In this document: in pieces, positions 24,684-33,703 of the stretch | Position numbering within the stretch: the first letter of the stretch is position 1 | How the letters are laid out: the number at the start of each line of letters is the position of its first letter | IMG/VR virus record: IMGVR_UViG_3300038393_001017 | Location: 1-39,005 of that record | Origin: a virus | Lineage: Duplodnaviria > Caudoviricetes | Direction: 5' to 3' (one strand) | DNA: 39,005 nucleotides | The notes under the pieces: model-generated | What the model was told of the DNA's origin: nothing | What the model saw: the letters and a program-made list of their open reading frames with translations, nothing else | Databases searched by the model: none | Translations under genes and position numbers: made by a program

Positions 24684-25502
24684 GTGGCAGGGTGGCTTGT
24701 AAGTCAGGCGTTCGCAGAAATTCCTGGGGCATTATTCACGCTGACGATCGCGACGACCGTTGAACTCGTCGCGCCGAAGATGGAGCGCCATTCGCTCAAG
24801 TCGCGTATCCCGTCCCTGATCTTCTACATCAGCGGAAGCATCACGGCGATGACATGCATCGGGCTGATTTCGCAGGGCTGGCGGGCCTTGGGTGTCCCTT
24901 CACTCATCTCCATTCCCGCCTCCGGCTTCGGCCTCATCGGCGATGGTCTGGCCGTCGTCGCGGCACTCATTTTCTACGACTTCCTCAGATATTGGGAGCA
25001 TCGCTTCCAGCATCGTTTCATGTGGCCGATCCATGCCGTCCACCATTCGCCGACGCAGCTGAACGCGGTCAGCGGGTACGCTCACTTCGGAGAGAAAGCC
25101 GCCGAATATGTGATGCTCAGCCTTCCGCTGGCAGTCGTCGGTTTCGCCTTCCCCGCCACGCCTTTCGTCATTCTCGCGATGCGGTCCATGCTGGTGCACT
25201 ACATTCATATGCCGATCGATGCCGGGCTCGGACCTATCGGCTATGTCTTCGTCGACAACCGGTGGCACCGCATCCACCATTCGCTTGAGCCGCAGCACTT
25301 CGACAAGAATTTCGGCATCATGTTTTCCTTCTGGGACCGGCTTTTCGGGACCGCTTACGAGCCGGGAAACGAATGGCCGGCGGTTGGCGTGAAAGATGTC
25401 CCTCCGCCTCAATCTATCGGCGACTACCTGTTGTTTCCCGTGTCTAGCCGGTTCAGGCGGCCTGGAAGTCCTGAAAGATCGTGGCTACGTTCGTTCCGTT
25501 GA
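24684..25502 (+). CDS. Sterol desaturase / fatty acid hydroxylase family membrane enzyme (moron)
   Basis: Di-iron His boxes YWEHRFQH, IHAVHHS, YIH and WHRIHHS, plus NFG...FWDRLFGT. Opposite strand to the late genes, with an AT-rich upstream region. Confidence 0.88.
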   Translation: MAGWLVSQAFAEIPGALFTLTIATTVELVAPKMERHSLKSRIPSLIFYISGSITAMTCIGLISQGWRALGVPSLISIPASGFGLIGDGLAVVAALIFYDFLRYWEHRFQHRFMWPIHAVHHSPTQLNAVSGYAHFGEKAAEYVMLSLPLAVVGFAFPATPFVILAMRSMLVHYIHMPIDAGLGPIGYVFVDNRWHRIHHSLEPQHFDKNFGIMFSFWDRLFGTAYEPGNEWPAVGVKDVPPPQSIGDYLLFPVSSRFRRPGSPERSWLRSFR

Positions 25503-26520
25503 CCATGACGCCGATCCCAACTTCATCGATCGACCCGATGAAGCTGGCGACGGAAACGCTGTTGTAGAACGTCCCCCAATTCTCACCGTCCGGGCTGACT
25601 TCGAAGATGATATTCCCCCCGGTCACTCGGATGCGCCGCCACTGTAGAGTGGCCGTCATGTCGACCGAGAAGGGGCCGTATATATTCCCCGAAAAGGTCG
25701 TGTAGTTGGTCCAGTTCTGGGCGAGGATCTGGCTGTCACGCTGGTAGTTGCCGAAGATGACGATCTTGCCGCTGCCGGAATTTCTGAGGATTAGGCAGTT
25801 CGAATACCCTCCATCGTAGAAGGGTTCGATCGCCCACCCGCGGCAACGGATGGTGAAGCTGGAAAAGCTGGAAACGCCCGCCGTGTATTTGAGGAAGCGG
25901 ATATTGGAGCTCGTGTTGGGAGCCGTGACCGTTACTCCGAAAGTGCCGTCCGCATCGCTGGCCGTCCCTTGGTTCTGAAAGGTGAAATCAGCAACGTGGG
26001 GCGTGGTCGGAGTGATTTCGAACGCTGATCCACCGCCACCCCCAGCGGCCCATGCCGGATCATTTCCGGCGCCGTTGGTCTTGAGGAAATAGCCCGAGGT
26101 TCCCGGAGTTAGTGCGGCCCATCCCGACGCGCCGCGATAGAGGACCGCGCCCCGCGTCGAACTGATAACGTCCAGAAGCCCGGTCGCCGTAGGAAGCGGG
26201 AGTTCTCCGGCATGGGTAAGCCGCCCCTGCTGGTCAACGGTGAACAGCGCGTAATTGGTGGAATCGCCGTAGACGCCCGGAAATACGGCGGTATCCGCAA
26301 GCGCAAGAGTTACATCTGTCGATAGATCATGGGTGCCGGTGAGGCCCGTCCCGGCGATGATCTGGCGATTTTCGTCGACCTTCGCCGTCAGCAGCCCGGG
26401 CAATTGCTCGCGCACAGCTCGCAGGAACGCTTCCAGGTCGCGGATCGTGCGCGGGTCCTTCGCGAAGGCTGCAAGCTGTTCCCGCGTGATATTGAAGTTG
26501 ATGTCGATAGAATCAGCCAT
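25453..26520 (-). CDS. Tail needle/fiber protein (gp26 position)
   Basis: Helical N-terminus, fiber-type motifs AGTGLTG..DLS and YG......FTVDQQGRLT, a GGGGGS linker and a beta-rich C-terminal domain. Confidence 0.7.
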   Translation of the reverse strand: MADSIDINFNITREQLAAFAKDPRTIRDLEAFLRAVREQLPGLLTAKVDENRQIIAGTGLTGTHDLSTDVTLALADTAVFPGVYGDSTNYALFTVDQQGRLTHAGELPLPTATGLLDVISSTRGAVLYRGASGWAALTPGTSGYFLKTNGAGNDPAWAAGGGGGSAFEITPTTPHVADFTFQNQGTASDADGTFGVTVTAPNTSSNIRFLKYTAGVSSFSSFTIRCRGWAIEPFYDGGYSNCLILRNSGSGKIVIFGNYQRDSQILAQNWTNYTTFSGNIYGPFSVDMTATLQWRRIRVTGGNIIFEVSPDGENWGTFYNSVSVASFIGSIDEVGIGVMVNGTNVATIFQDFQAA

Positions 26521-27916
26521 TCAGGCTCTCGAAATCGGCCTTCAGCCGCGAGAAGCTGATCGGGGTTCCGCTGATCCCCCGGAACCTGAAGGCCCGCCAT
26601 TGGCGGATGAAGCCGTTCCGCCTCCACGCCAGTCTCAGGTGACGCTGGCCAGTAAAGCCTGATCTTGCGGCGCGTTCCTGGCTGAACTCCTCGCCGTCAT
26701 CGGTCCATGACATGAACACCTTGGGTTCCACGCCAGCATCGGCGCGGCCGTAGAAACCGACGAGCTCGAGGTTGTGGCAGATCGCGCCCTTCCCGTTGGG
26801 ATAGACGAGCTGTGAATCGAACTGCCAGGCCGTCTTTTCACCGAACTGGTTGTCGTGGAGGCTGGTCAGGATACCCAGAGATGGTGAAGTGAGGTCGCCG
26901 CAATGCCAGCCCGAATAAGCATAGACGAAATTGCGAGCGCGATAGGGCGAACCTCCATCGGTCCCCGAAGCGAGGCGGTACCAGACCGGCCCCTCCAGAT
27001 CCTCGCTGACGATGTGCGAGTAAACCAGGGTCTGGTCGGGGAGATGGACGTACAGCGCCTTTTCTCCCCCGCCTTCCCGGGCCTCGAGCACGATGCTTGC
27101 AAGATCCTCGTCGGAAAGGGTGGCGAGGATGCGATCGACGCCGCGGGAGCTGATGGCCTGGGCCGTTCCCTGTCCCATGAGGTAGATTTGCGGGAGCTCG
27201 TTCCGTCCCGATCCACAGAAGGCATAGGTCTCGAGGAACCGGCATTTCGCAAAGGTCCCGGTGATGCCCTTGTCGATCTGGGCGCCGCGGTTGCGTTCGA
27301 ACGGAAAACCGGTGGTGCCAGCGTCGAAAAACACCTCAGTCGTGTTGCGGTTGAAGGCGATCAGTTCGCCGCCCCGCGTCCCGACGCCCATGATCGGGTC
27401 GGGATCGGCCTCCGAGGACCCGTATTTGAGCGGATCGACGGAAGTGGGATCGTTGAGCTCGGTAACGACCAGAGACGTTCCATCAGTCGTGATGAAGTAG
27501 CTGTCCATCCACGTCACATCGATGACGGCGCCCAGATCCGGGTCAGTTACCTGCACAAAGCCGTTCACCGCGTCGTAGAGATAGAGGTTGCTGTTCCTCG
27601 CGACTGCCAGACGGTCGAATGAGTAAGTCAGCGTTCCCTGTCCGACGCCTCCTACAGACCCGAGGACCGAAACAAGCCCGTCGCTGGTGACTTTGACGAG
27701 CTTGGTCCCGGAAATCCTGTAAAGCGTACCATTCCAGTTGATCCCGCCGCCGTCCTTGCCCTGTGCGCTGGTGAAAGTATCGATTCCAGGTGCCGAGCGA
27801 ATATAGCCGTTGGCGATGCCGGTCTTTTCGAAATTGGGAACGAGGTTCAGCGGATACGAATGCTCGAAATCCGGCCCGCTTTGCGCGTACACCGCCGAAA
27901 TTATAGGGATTTGCAC
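26513..27916 (-). CDS. Packaged DNA stabilization protein / tail hub (gp10-like)
   Basis: 467 aa beta-rich protein with YGSSEADPDPI and LAWRRNG motifs; follows the gp4-like gene. Confidence 0.82.
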   Translation of the reverse strand: MQIPIISAVYAQSGPDFEHSYPLNLVPNFEKTGIANGYIRSAPGIDTFTSAQGKDGGGINWNGTLYRISGTKLVKVTSDGLVSVLGSVGGVGQGTLTYSFDRLAVARNSNLYLYDAVNGFVQVTDPDLGAVIDVTWMDSYFITTDGTSLVVTELNDPTSVDPLKYGSSEADPDPIMGVGTRGGELIAFNRNTTEVFFDAGTTGFPFERNRGAQIDKGITGTFAKCRFLETYAFCGSGRNELPQIYLMGQGTAQAISSRGVDRILATLSDEDLASIVLEAREGGGEKALYVHLPDQTLVYSHIVSEDLEGPVWYRLASGTDGGSPYRARNFVYAYSGWHCGDLTSPSLGILTSLHDNQFGEKTAWQFDSQLVYPNGKGAICHNLELVGFYGRADAGVEPKVFMSWTDDGEEFSQERAARSGFTGQRHLRLAWRRNGFIRQWRAFRFRGISGTPISFSRLKADFESLNG

Positions 27917-27920
27917 GGGC

Positions 27921-28637
27921 TTACGGTGCCGGCGGGAAGAAGGTCCGCCGACTGAAGCGGTTTCCGGCTCCCAGAGGCGTCATGGAATTGAGTTGGTATT
28001 CAACCCGGTTGCGGTACTTGGTGAACAGCTCTGAGCGGCTGTCAGCGGCTTGCTTGAGAACGCCGCCAGCAGGGGCTTTGCCGTAATCCGGCGCCAGAGT
28101 GACTGCGAGGTTCGAAATGAACGCATCGATGTCCGCCTCATCGATTCCCGCCGTGTCAGAAGGCAGCGATTGGCCGTTGCTTAGCGGTTGATGGTAGGGA
28201 AGGCCGTCCAGCTTGTCCTGCCAGCGAGCCGCCATGCTGTCCAACTGGCGAAGCGCGGAATTATCCTCTTCGGCTTCCGTGTCGAACACGTAATTGGCGA
28301 TCCCGAGCTTACCGAGAGCCCTGATAATGAGCGTTCCCTTGGTAATCGTGCTATCGGGACCCAGAACGTCCGCAGTAAGAGAAATGCGAAGCGTGATCGT
28401 GCGGGTAAATTCCTGCCCGAGCGCGGTGGTGACGAGGAGGCTTATGGTCGCGGTCTCTCCGTCCGCCCCTCCAGCGACAATGACATAGGCCGTTCGGGGG
28501 TCCGGATTGACCTGCGTGAGGACGACGGTTCCAGCAGTCCTGGTGAACACCGCCGTCAAAATGCTGTCGGGATAAATCTCCGAAAAATCGACGGAATAGA
28601 GCCGGTCGTCAGCCGGAGATTTTGGCGTCCATTCCAT
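27921..28637 (-). CDS. Head-tail adaptor (gp4-like) with extra N-terminal beta domain
   Basis: C-terminal TKGTLIIRALGKLGIA...ALRQLDSMAARW...NLAVTLAPDYGK...PLGAGN is gp4-like. The first ~90 aa form a separate beta-rich segment. Confidence 0.78.
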   Translation of the reverse strand: MEWTPKSPADDRLYSVDFSEIYPDSILTAVFTRTAGTVVLTQVNPDPRTAYVIVAGGADGETATISLLVTTALGQEFTRTITLRISLTADVLGPDSTITKGTLIIRALGKLGIANYVFDTEAEEDNSALRQLDSMAARWQDKLDGLPYHQPLSNGQSLPSDTAGIDEADIDAFISNLAVTLAPDYGKAPAGGVLKQAADSRSELFTKYRNRVEYQLNSMTPLGAGNRFSRRTFFPPAP

Positions 28638-28682
28638 GCGGCGGACGATAAAGCGCTATCGTCTCCGCTCGTCCTTTTCTGA
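28638..28682 (-). promoter_or_regulatory. Late promoter motif
   Basis: TCAGAA-N26-TATCGT-N7-ATG(28637). Confidence 0.75.
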
Positions 28683-28684
28683 AC

Positions 28685-29128
28685 TCAGCGGCCTGCCTTC
28701 GCGACAATGGCCGGGCAACGGCGCTGGATCGGATAGCCATATTGCTTGTCGTAAGCGGGCATGTACCGCACGACCGGGGTATGGATTGGCGAACCGATTT
28801 CGGGCTGTGCCGTGAGCTTCAGCATGAAGCACTGGAGATCATGTCCGTTGGCGAACACCTGCCCGACCGTGCGGCCATAGAGCGTGTCCTTGCCGACCGG
28901 ACGATAGGTGATCCGCTTGCCATAGCTGAAGCGGTCCAGCAGGTACTTGGCGAGCGCCGCCCTTTCATCGTCGCAGACGTGGCTTCCGCGGTTCTCCCGG
29001 CAGGGGAGCGAGTTCACCTTGTCGGGCGCATCGATGGCCGCCATGCGGATCCGGCCGGCGCCCTGACAGTAGAGCGTGTCGCCATCGACGACGCGGGCTG
29101 CGGCACAGAGAAGGAGAGCGGTCAGCAT
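28685..29128 (-). CDS. Thermonuclease (SNase-like)
   Basis: VVDGDTL, IRMAAIDAPD and D..YGRTVG motifs; short hydrophobic N-terminus. Confidence 0.8.
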   Translation of the reverse strand: MLTALLLCAAARVVDGDTLYCQGAGRIRMAAIDAPDKVNSLPCRENRGSHVCDDERAALAKYLLDRFSYGKRITYRPVGKDTLYGRTVGQVFANGHDLQCFMLKLTAQPEIGSPIHTPVVRYMPAYDKQYGYPIQRRCPAIVAKAGR

Positions 29129-29172
29129 GATGCAAGAATAGGCCCTTCAGGCTTCGCTGCGGTAGTTTCTGA
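29129..29172 (-). promoter_or_regulatory. Late promoter motif
   Basis: TCAGAA-N26-TATTCT-N6-ATG(29128). Confidence 0.75.
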
Positions 29173-29174
29173 AG

Positions 29175-30071
29175 CTACGGCACCGCCCATGTCTGGGTCT
29201 GCGGCGGCCCGGTCCATGTAATCCCGGTGATCGTCTTCAACGTGACCAAATTGGTCCCGTCATTGGTGCCGAAGAACGTGAAGTCGCGGTATCCGTCAGC
29301 GGTCGCGAACGCCTCGGTCAAATTGAACTCTGCCGGAACTGCGGTGGGCGTGGGGAAGCCATAATACACGGTTCCCGGAAGTTGCGCCGTCGTCCAGTCG
29401 AAATGGGTTGCCGTGGTGTTGTCGAACAGGCTTGCCGGGACAGTGCCGGTGCCCGTGTTGGTCGAGCACCACGCCGCTCCGCCATTGCAGATGTCGGCTC
29501 CCCCGATCGTCGCGTGCATCTCGGCTTCGCTCATGATGGCAAAGCTGCCGCCGTTGATGGCCGTGACCCTCCAGCCGTAAGCCTTGTAATTGCTGCCGAA
29601 TGTCTGCGGCCATGAGCGGGTCGCTCCGGTAGCGTCCCATGACGGCTCCCAGGCGTGGAAAAGATCGGCTCCGTCCCCGGCGACGGTAAAATCCACGGGC
29701 GCCCGCGTTACCGTGTCGCAGTCAAATTCCATCCTCGAGGGAGAGATTGCCGCGGGCAGCGTGATCTGGACCCAGCTTGGCGCACCGTTCCGAAGCCACG
29801 ACGTGGCACCGCTGCCATCGAATGGAGCCGACGCGCCGTTGCCTCCTTGGGAGCCCGCGCCGCCCTCCGAGGTCGTCGCGCCGGCCAGAGAAATGAGGTT
29901 GTTGCCGGCATCGTAGAAGCGCCATTCCCGGATTCCGACATAGGCATCCGTGTTCATCGCGTTGACGGTGAACCGCCATACCGTGTGTGACCCGAGACTG
30001 ACACCGCTGGAGACGGCTGAGCTCTTGCGGCTCATGTGCCCCGGACCACGCCCGCCGACGTGTACGGACAT
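29175..30071 (-). CDS. Probable virion decoration protein with two tandem discoidin/galactose-binding-like domains
   Basis: Internal duplication: WRFTVNAMN...IREWRFY / WRVTAING...MSEAEMH; PFDGSGATSW / LFDNTTATHF; PVDFTV.GD / YRDFTFFGTNDG. Confidence 0.55.
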   Translation of the reverse strand: MSVHVGGRGPGHMSRKSSAVSSGVSLGSHTVWRFTVNAMNTDAYVGIREWRFYDAGNNLISLAGATTSEGGAGSQGGNGASAPFDGSGATSWLRNGAPSWVQITLPAAISPSRMEFDCDTVTRAPVDFTVAGDGADLFHAWEPSWDATGATRSWPQTFGSNYKAYGWRVTAINGGSFAIMSEAEMHATIGGADICNGGAAWCSTNTGTGTVPASLFDNTTATHFDWTTAQLPGTVYYGFPTPTAVPAEFNLTEAFATADGYRDFTFFGTNDGTNLVTLKTITGITWTGPPQTQTWAVP

Positions 30072-30364
30072 TAGATGCCCGCGCCGGGAGTGAAGTAGAT
30101 CTTGCCGGTGGCTCCAGCAGCAATCGCCGCAACAAAGTCAGCATTTGCAGGGGTGGTGAACACCTCGGTAGCGCCGGCGCCGACAGGAATCCCAGACGCC
30201 AAGGCCGCGGTCGCCGATCCGCTCCCGAACGCGATCCATGCCGTTGCGGTCCCGTTGTTCATGACACGAACCTGGTCGACGGGGTCAGCGCCGAACTTCA
30301 CGGACTGCGAAGAGCCGGATACGTCGATATTGACGGTCGCGCCGCCTGGTTCAAACGGTTTCAT
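30071..30364 (-). CDS. Small structural protein (head-associated)
   Basis: 97 aa Ala/Gly-rich beta protein with its own TCAGAA promoter motif. Confidence 0.6.
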   Translation of the reverse strand: MKPFEPGGATVNIDVSGSSQSVKFGADPVDQVRVMNNGTATAWIAFGSGSATAALASGIPVGAGATEVFTTPANADFVAAIAAGATGKIYFTPGAGI

Positions 30365-30409
30365 GCGGGCGACGATACGCGACTAGCGCTTCTTGGCGGC
30401 CTTTTCTGA
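30365..30409 (-). promoter_or_regulatory. Late promoter motif
   Basis: TCAGAA-N26-TATCGT-N7-ATG(30364). Confidence 0.75.
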
Positions 30410-30625
30410 AGGCTTCTTCGCTTTCGGCTTTGGCTTGGCCTTCGCAGCTTTGGGCTCTGGTGCTGGTTCGGCGACAGGTTCAGCCGCTGGCTCCTCAAGT
30501 GGGAACCAGTTCTGGGCCAACCGAACCTCTTCCTCGTTGGGGCTGTTGACGATGACGCGCTCATAGTGCTTGCCGTCGATGATTTCGGGTCCGCCGATCC
30601 GGAACAGTGACTTGGGGTACGTCAT
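30383..30625 (-). CDS. Hypothetical protein with Pro/Lys-rich tail
   Basis: GGAGG RBS; EPAAEPVAEPAPEPKAAKAKPKPKAKK. Confidence 0.65.
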   Translation of the reverse strand: MTYPKSLFRIGGPEIIDGKHYERVIVNSPNEEEVRLAQNWFPLEEPAAEPVAEPAPEPKAAKAKPKPKAKKPSEKAAKKR

Positions 30626-31326
30626 GCTACCTCCTTCTCTCTGATCTTGTCTGAGAGGCTCAACAGGAACTTGTGGAAATTTCCGGGATAAGCCTGGGTC
30701 TTTGAATGATGCGTGATGTCGAGGTCGGGAATGACCCAGATTTCACCGCCAAGCTCCCTCCATCTCCGCGAAAAGGCGTAATCCTCTCCCCACCAGGTGC
30801 CTTCGTGGGCTCCGTGGTTGAACAGGTCGACCGAGGGCGCGTAGCGAGGTCCGAAACAAAGCTCGGGATAGGCACCCATGAACGCATCTATTGCCGTTGC
30901 TTCGACCTTGAGGAACCCTGCCGGGATCCATTCGGCCTTCACGCAGCCGTCATCCCTGACGATCGGCCTTCCGGCCTCGTCCTCGGCGAGGCGGCCCATG
31001 TATTTCTCTTCGTCCTGCTTGAAGCGATAGGCGCCGGAGACAACTTCGCCCTGAGTTTCGATCAATTTGACCAAGGCTTCGGGCGGAAACGACAGATCGT
31101 AATCGAGGAAGACGATGATGTCGGCCTTGGCGTCCAGAGCCTTCCGGAGCATCGTTGCTCGAGCCGAGGAAATATACGGACAGCCGACCTCGAACACCAT
31201 CTTGTGGTCGTAACCGGCCTTGTCCAATGCAGGAACGGACGCCCCGATGGCTTTCACCAAGGCGTCCGTTGGTTTTTCAAGGCACGGGCAGCAGAACACC
31301 ACCCGAACCTTAGTTTCAGCCGTCAT
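30622..31326 (-). CDS. GT-A fold (GT2-like) glycosyltransferase
   Basis: ISSARATM, IVFLDYD (DxD), AGFLKV and WGEDYAFSRRW...GGEIW..PDLDITH. Confidence 0.78.
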   Translation of the reverse strand: MTAETKVRVVFCCPCLEKPTDALVKAIGASVPALDKAGYDHKMVFEVGCPYISSARATMLRKALDAKADIIVFLDYDLSFPPEALVKLIETQGEVVSGAYRFKQDEEKYMGRLAEDEAGRPIVRDDGCVKAEWIPAGFLKVEATAIDAFMGAYPELCFGPRYAPSVDLFNHGAHEGTWWGEDYAFSRRWRELGGEIWVIPDLDITHHSKTQAYPGNFHKFLLSLSDKIREKEVA

Positions 31327-31333
31327 GTGGCTC

Positions 31334-31570
31334 TTACGCGCCGTTCCAGAGGCCCAGAGCGGCCAAGGTGTTCATGACCTCGAGCAAGGCCGCCTTGGTC
31401 GCAGTGTCCAGTGCCGTCGATGAGGCCGTGCCGACGTTTGAAGTCGCCTGAGCCGCGCCGGAGCGCCGGACGATGGGAGTCGTAAGACCGTAAAAGCCGA
31501 TCTTGTCGGTCGACGCACGCCCCATCACGAGGCCATCGTCGTTGCCGGTGCCGAGATATTCGTTTGCCAT
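31334..31570 (-). CDS. Small head-associated protein
   Basis: AAAGGA RBS directly after the coat gene; KIGFYG..P and C-terminal NTLAALGL. Confidence 0.65.
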   Translation of the reverse strand: MANEYLGTGNDDGLVMGRASTDKIGFYGLTTPIVRRSGAAQATSNVGTASSTALDTATKAALLEVMNTLAALGLWNGA

Positions 31571-31593
31571 GATCTAGGTTCCTTTCTCGGCTA

Positions 31594-32772
31594 TCAGTTG
31601 TTGTGAAGCCGACAGGCCAGCTGGTTGCGGAGCGTCTTGTAGCCGTACAGGACATCGAGACGACACGGGAAGTTGTCGTTATTGATGTCGTAGTCGCGCA
31701 CGACCCGGATGCTGATCCCGTCGACCATCTCGCGAGCCGAGAAATCGACGCCCTGCGGCATTTCCAAGTCCGCCGTGGCAAACCCGAACGCGCCTTCGTT
31801 GTACAGCATCCCGGTGGATACTGCAGTCGAGGCCGTTCCGAGCACCGTGACGGTCTTCGAAGCACCCGGCGAAGCGATCGTGATGTTCTGCTTGGCACCA
31901 GAGGTGATCGGCGTCGGATAGACCGAAATCGAGGTAGTTCCATCGGCCGAGGCAACGAACTGCTGCAAGATGCCGGTGTCGTTCTTCGATTCCGGGTGCA
32001 CCTTGGTCACACCTGCAATCGTGAACACGTCGCCCTGCTTGATCGTGCCGGAACCACCCGAGATGGTGATCGTGGCCGTACCCGAGGTGATGCCGGTCGA
32101 GGTGTTGCAGACATAGGATGCTGCGTCACCGCGGTTGTGCGCCGCCCACAGGGTGTTCTCGACGAAATCGAAGCCCGCAACGCGGCCCATGTAGCCTTCG
32201 CGGTACTGCGTGCTGAGCTGCCCGGAATCCTGGAACAGCGTCTTCAGCGCATCGACCAGATCGACGCCTTCCTGCGTCTGGAGAGACGCTGTGCGGTTGT
32301 CGAGCGGGCAGAGCGCGTCCTGGAGCACCTTGCGGCCGGCGAGAACCTTGGCCAGCGTCAGAGCCGAGCCGCCGTTCCAGACCGACTGGTAGATGTCCTT
32401 GTACATCACCATCGCGTCGGCTTCGATGTTGGCCGCAAGGACCGTCGCTGCCGGTTCGATGTAGCGCGCGGAGAAGTCGTCGATCGACAGAGTGAGCTCC
32501 GATGAGGAGAAGATCATGTCGACGCCCTTCTGGGTCGCCACGGTGAGGGTTACGCTCGACTCGGACACGTCCTGAACGTCGATCGTCTTTCCGGTGCGGA
32601 CCTGGAACTGGTTCGGCAGCCGGATCTTGAGGTCGGAGCCGATCTTGGCGCCTTCCTTGGCGTAGCTCGAATCGTAGCTCCGGGTAATGGAGCCGACGAA
32701 GTTGAGCTTCTGGTGGAGCACACGGAGAAATTCCCGCGTCACCATCGTCGGGGTGAGAAGAGTGTTGGCCAT
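31594..32772 (-). CDS. Major capsid protein (P22 coat family)
   Basis: MANTLLTPTMVTREFLRVL...KIG..LKIRLP...RLDVLYG; 392 aa; follows the scaffold gene. Confidence 0.9.
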   Translation of the reverse strand: MANTLLTPTMVTREFLRVLHQKLNFVGSITRSYDSSYAKEGAKIGSDLKIRLPNQFQVRTGKTIDVQDVSESSVTLTVATQKGVDMIFSSSELTLSIDDFSARYIEPAATVLAANIEADAMVMYKDIYQSVWNGGSALTLAKVLAGRKVLQDALCPLDNRTASLQTQEGVDLVDALKTLFQDSGQLSTQYREGYMGRVAGFDFVENTLWAAHNRGDAASYVCNTSTGITSGTATITISGGSGTIKQGDVFTIAGVTKVHPESKNDTGILQQFVASADGTTSISVYPTPITSGAKQNITIASPGASKTVTVLGTASTAVSTGMLYNEGAFGFATADLEMPQGVDFSAREMVDGISIRVVRDYDINNDNFPCRLDVLYGYKTLRNQLACRLHNN

Positions 32773-32803
32773 TGTCTAGGTTCCCGCTCGCAAGAGGTTG
32801 GTT

Positions 32804-33619
32804 TCAGCGTTTTCGGTTGCGAACCTGCTCGTTGCGGCGACGGACCCATTCATCAGCGGCCAGTTTGTCGTCGAGCTTGCCGGGTTGAACGATCTTGCCT
32901 GATCCGGCGCGGATCGAACTTTCCGGGTTGGTTGCGGGACGACGCTTTTCCACCTTGGTCTGAGCCTCCAGTTTGGCTGCCGCGAAAGCAAATTCGATAG
33001 GGTCGCTCACAGCGGCGAGCTGACGGAGTTTTTCGGGGTGCTTGCCGAGGGCGTAGACGAGCTTCGCCTTGTCCTCAGCGCCGTGAATGAGGATGGCCAC
33101 CTGAGCATCGCTGAGAGCTCCGAGAACTTCAGCTTCCGCCTCTCCGAAATCCTTCACTCCGAGCGTTTGTTTCTGCTCGGCGAAGGTCTCGACCTTGGCC
33201 TGGTACCTCTCACGGGCCGCGACCTGGGCCTTCTGGGCTTCGGTCACTGCGCTCTCTGCTTTCGCCTTGCGCTCCAGGTAGGCTTTGTATTCCTCCTTGA
33301 ACCGCTCGTCGTCGTATTCGCAGCTTTCGTACGTCGGTTCGGGACCGACTTCCGGAACTTGAGGCGCCTGACCCTTGCGGGCTTCGGACAATTCGCGTTC
33401 CAGCTCACGGTTGCGTTTACGCAGATCGCGCACCCATTCCGGTGCTTCCGCTTCCGAGGCCGGCGCCGCCTCATCGCCGAACGAAACAACGATTTCTTCT
33501 TCGATGATCTCCGCTTCGGCTTCCGGTTCCGTCACCTCTTCGGGGGCTTCCACCTCCTCGGTCAGTTCTAGAACCTCTTCCTCTACTTCGACCTGTTGCT
33601 CGTCCTGCTGTTCTGCCAT
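32804..33619 (-). CDS. Scaffolding protein
   Basis: Acidic N-terminus, coiled coil, LVYALGKHPEK and basic C-terminus; between portal and coat. Confidence 0.82.
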   Translation of the reverse strand: MAEQQDEQQVEVEEEVLELTEEVEAPEEVTEPEAEAEIIEEEIVVSFGDEAAPASEAEAPEWVRDLRKRNRELERELSEARKGQAPQVPEVGPEPTYESCEYDDERFKEEYKAYLERKAKAESAVTEAQKAQVAARERYQAKVETFAEQKQTLGVKDFGEAEAEVLGALSDAQVAILIHGAEDKAKLVYALGKHPEKLRQLAAVSDPIEFAFAAAKLEAQTKVEKRRPATNPESSIRAGSGKIVQPGKLDDKLAADEWVRRRNEQVRNRKR

Positions 33620-33665
33620 TTGACCCTTCGCCTCACCGTTGCGGCTGGTGGCTGCCGTGAGCGCG

Positions 33666-33703
33666 ACGATATGCGGAGTTTCAAACGGGGCTTGATTTTC
33701 TGA
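33666..33703 (-). promoter_or_regulatory. Late promoter motif for scaffold/coat (leadered)
   Basis: TCAGAA-N26-TATCGT, then an ~40-nt leader with GAAGGG before ATG 33619. Confidence 0.75.

Noticed and set aside
21672-25978. Other minus-strand TCAGAA hexamers (21677, 22235, 25787, 25978; also 3220, 15641)
   Set aside because: No TA-type hexamer at N26 and no gene start at the expected distance, so treated as background.
17247-26520. Diversity-generating retroelement or invertible tail-fiber cassette
   Set aside because: No reverse transcriptase or serine invertase, and no TR/VR repeat pair seen.
31323-31955. Frameshift-extended capsid via the overlapping minus-strand ORF
   Set aside because: No convincing slippery site, the product is Arg/Ser-rich and low-complexity, and 31334..31570 has its own RBS.
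31603-32505. 300-aa plus-strand ORF (also 35291..36229, 26903..27622, 30706..31377)
   Set aside because: Antisense shadows of coat, portal, gp10 and GT genes caused by codon bias.
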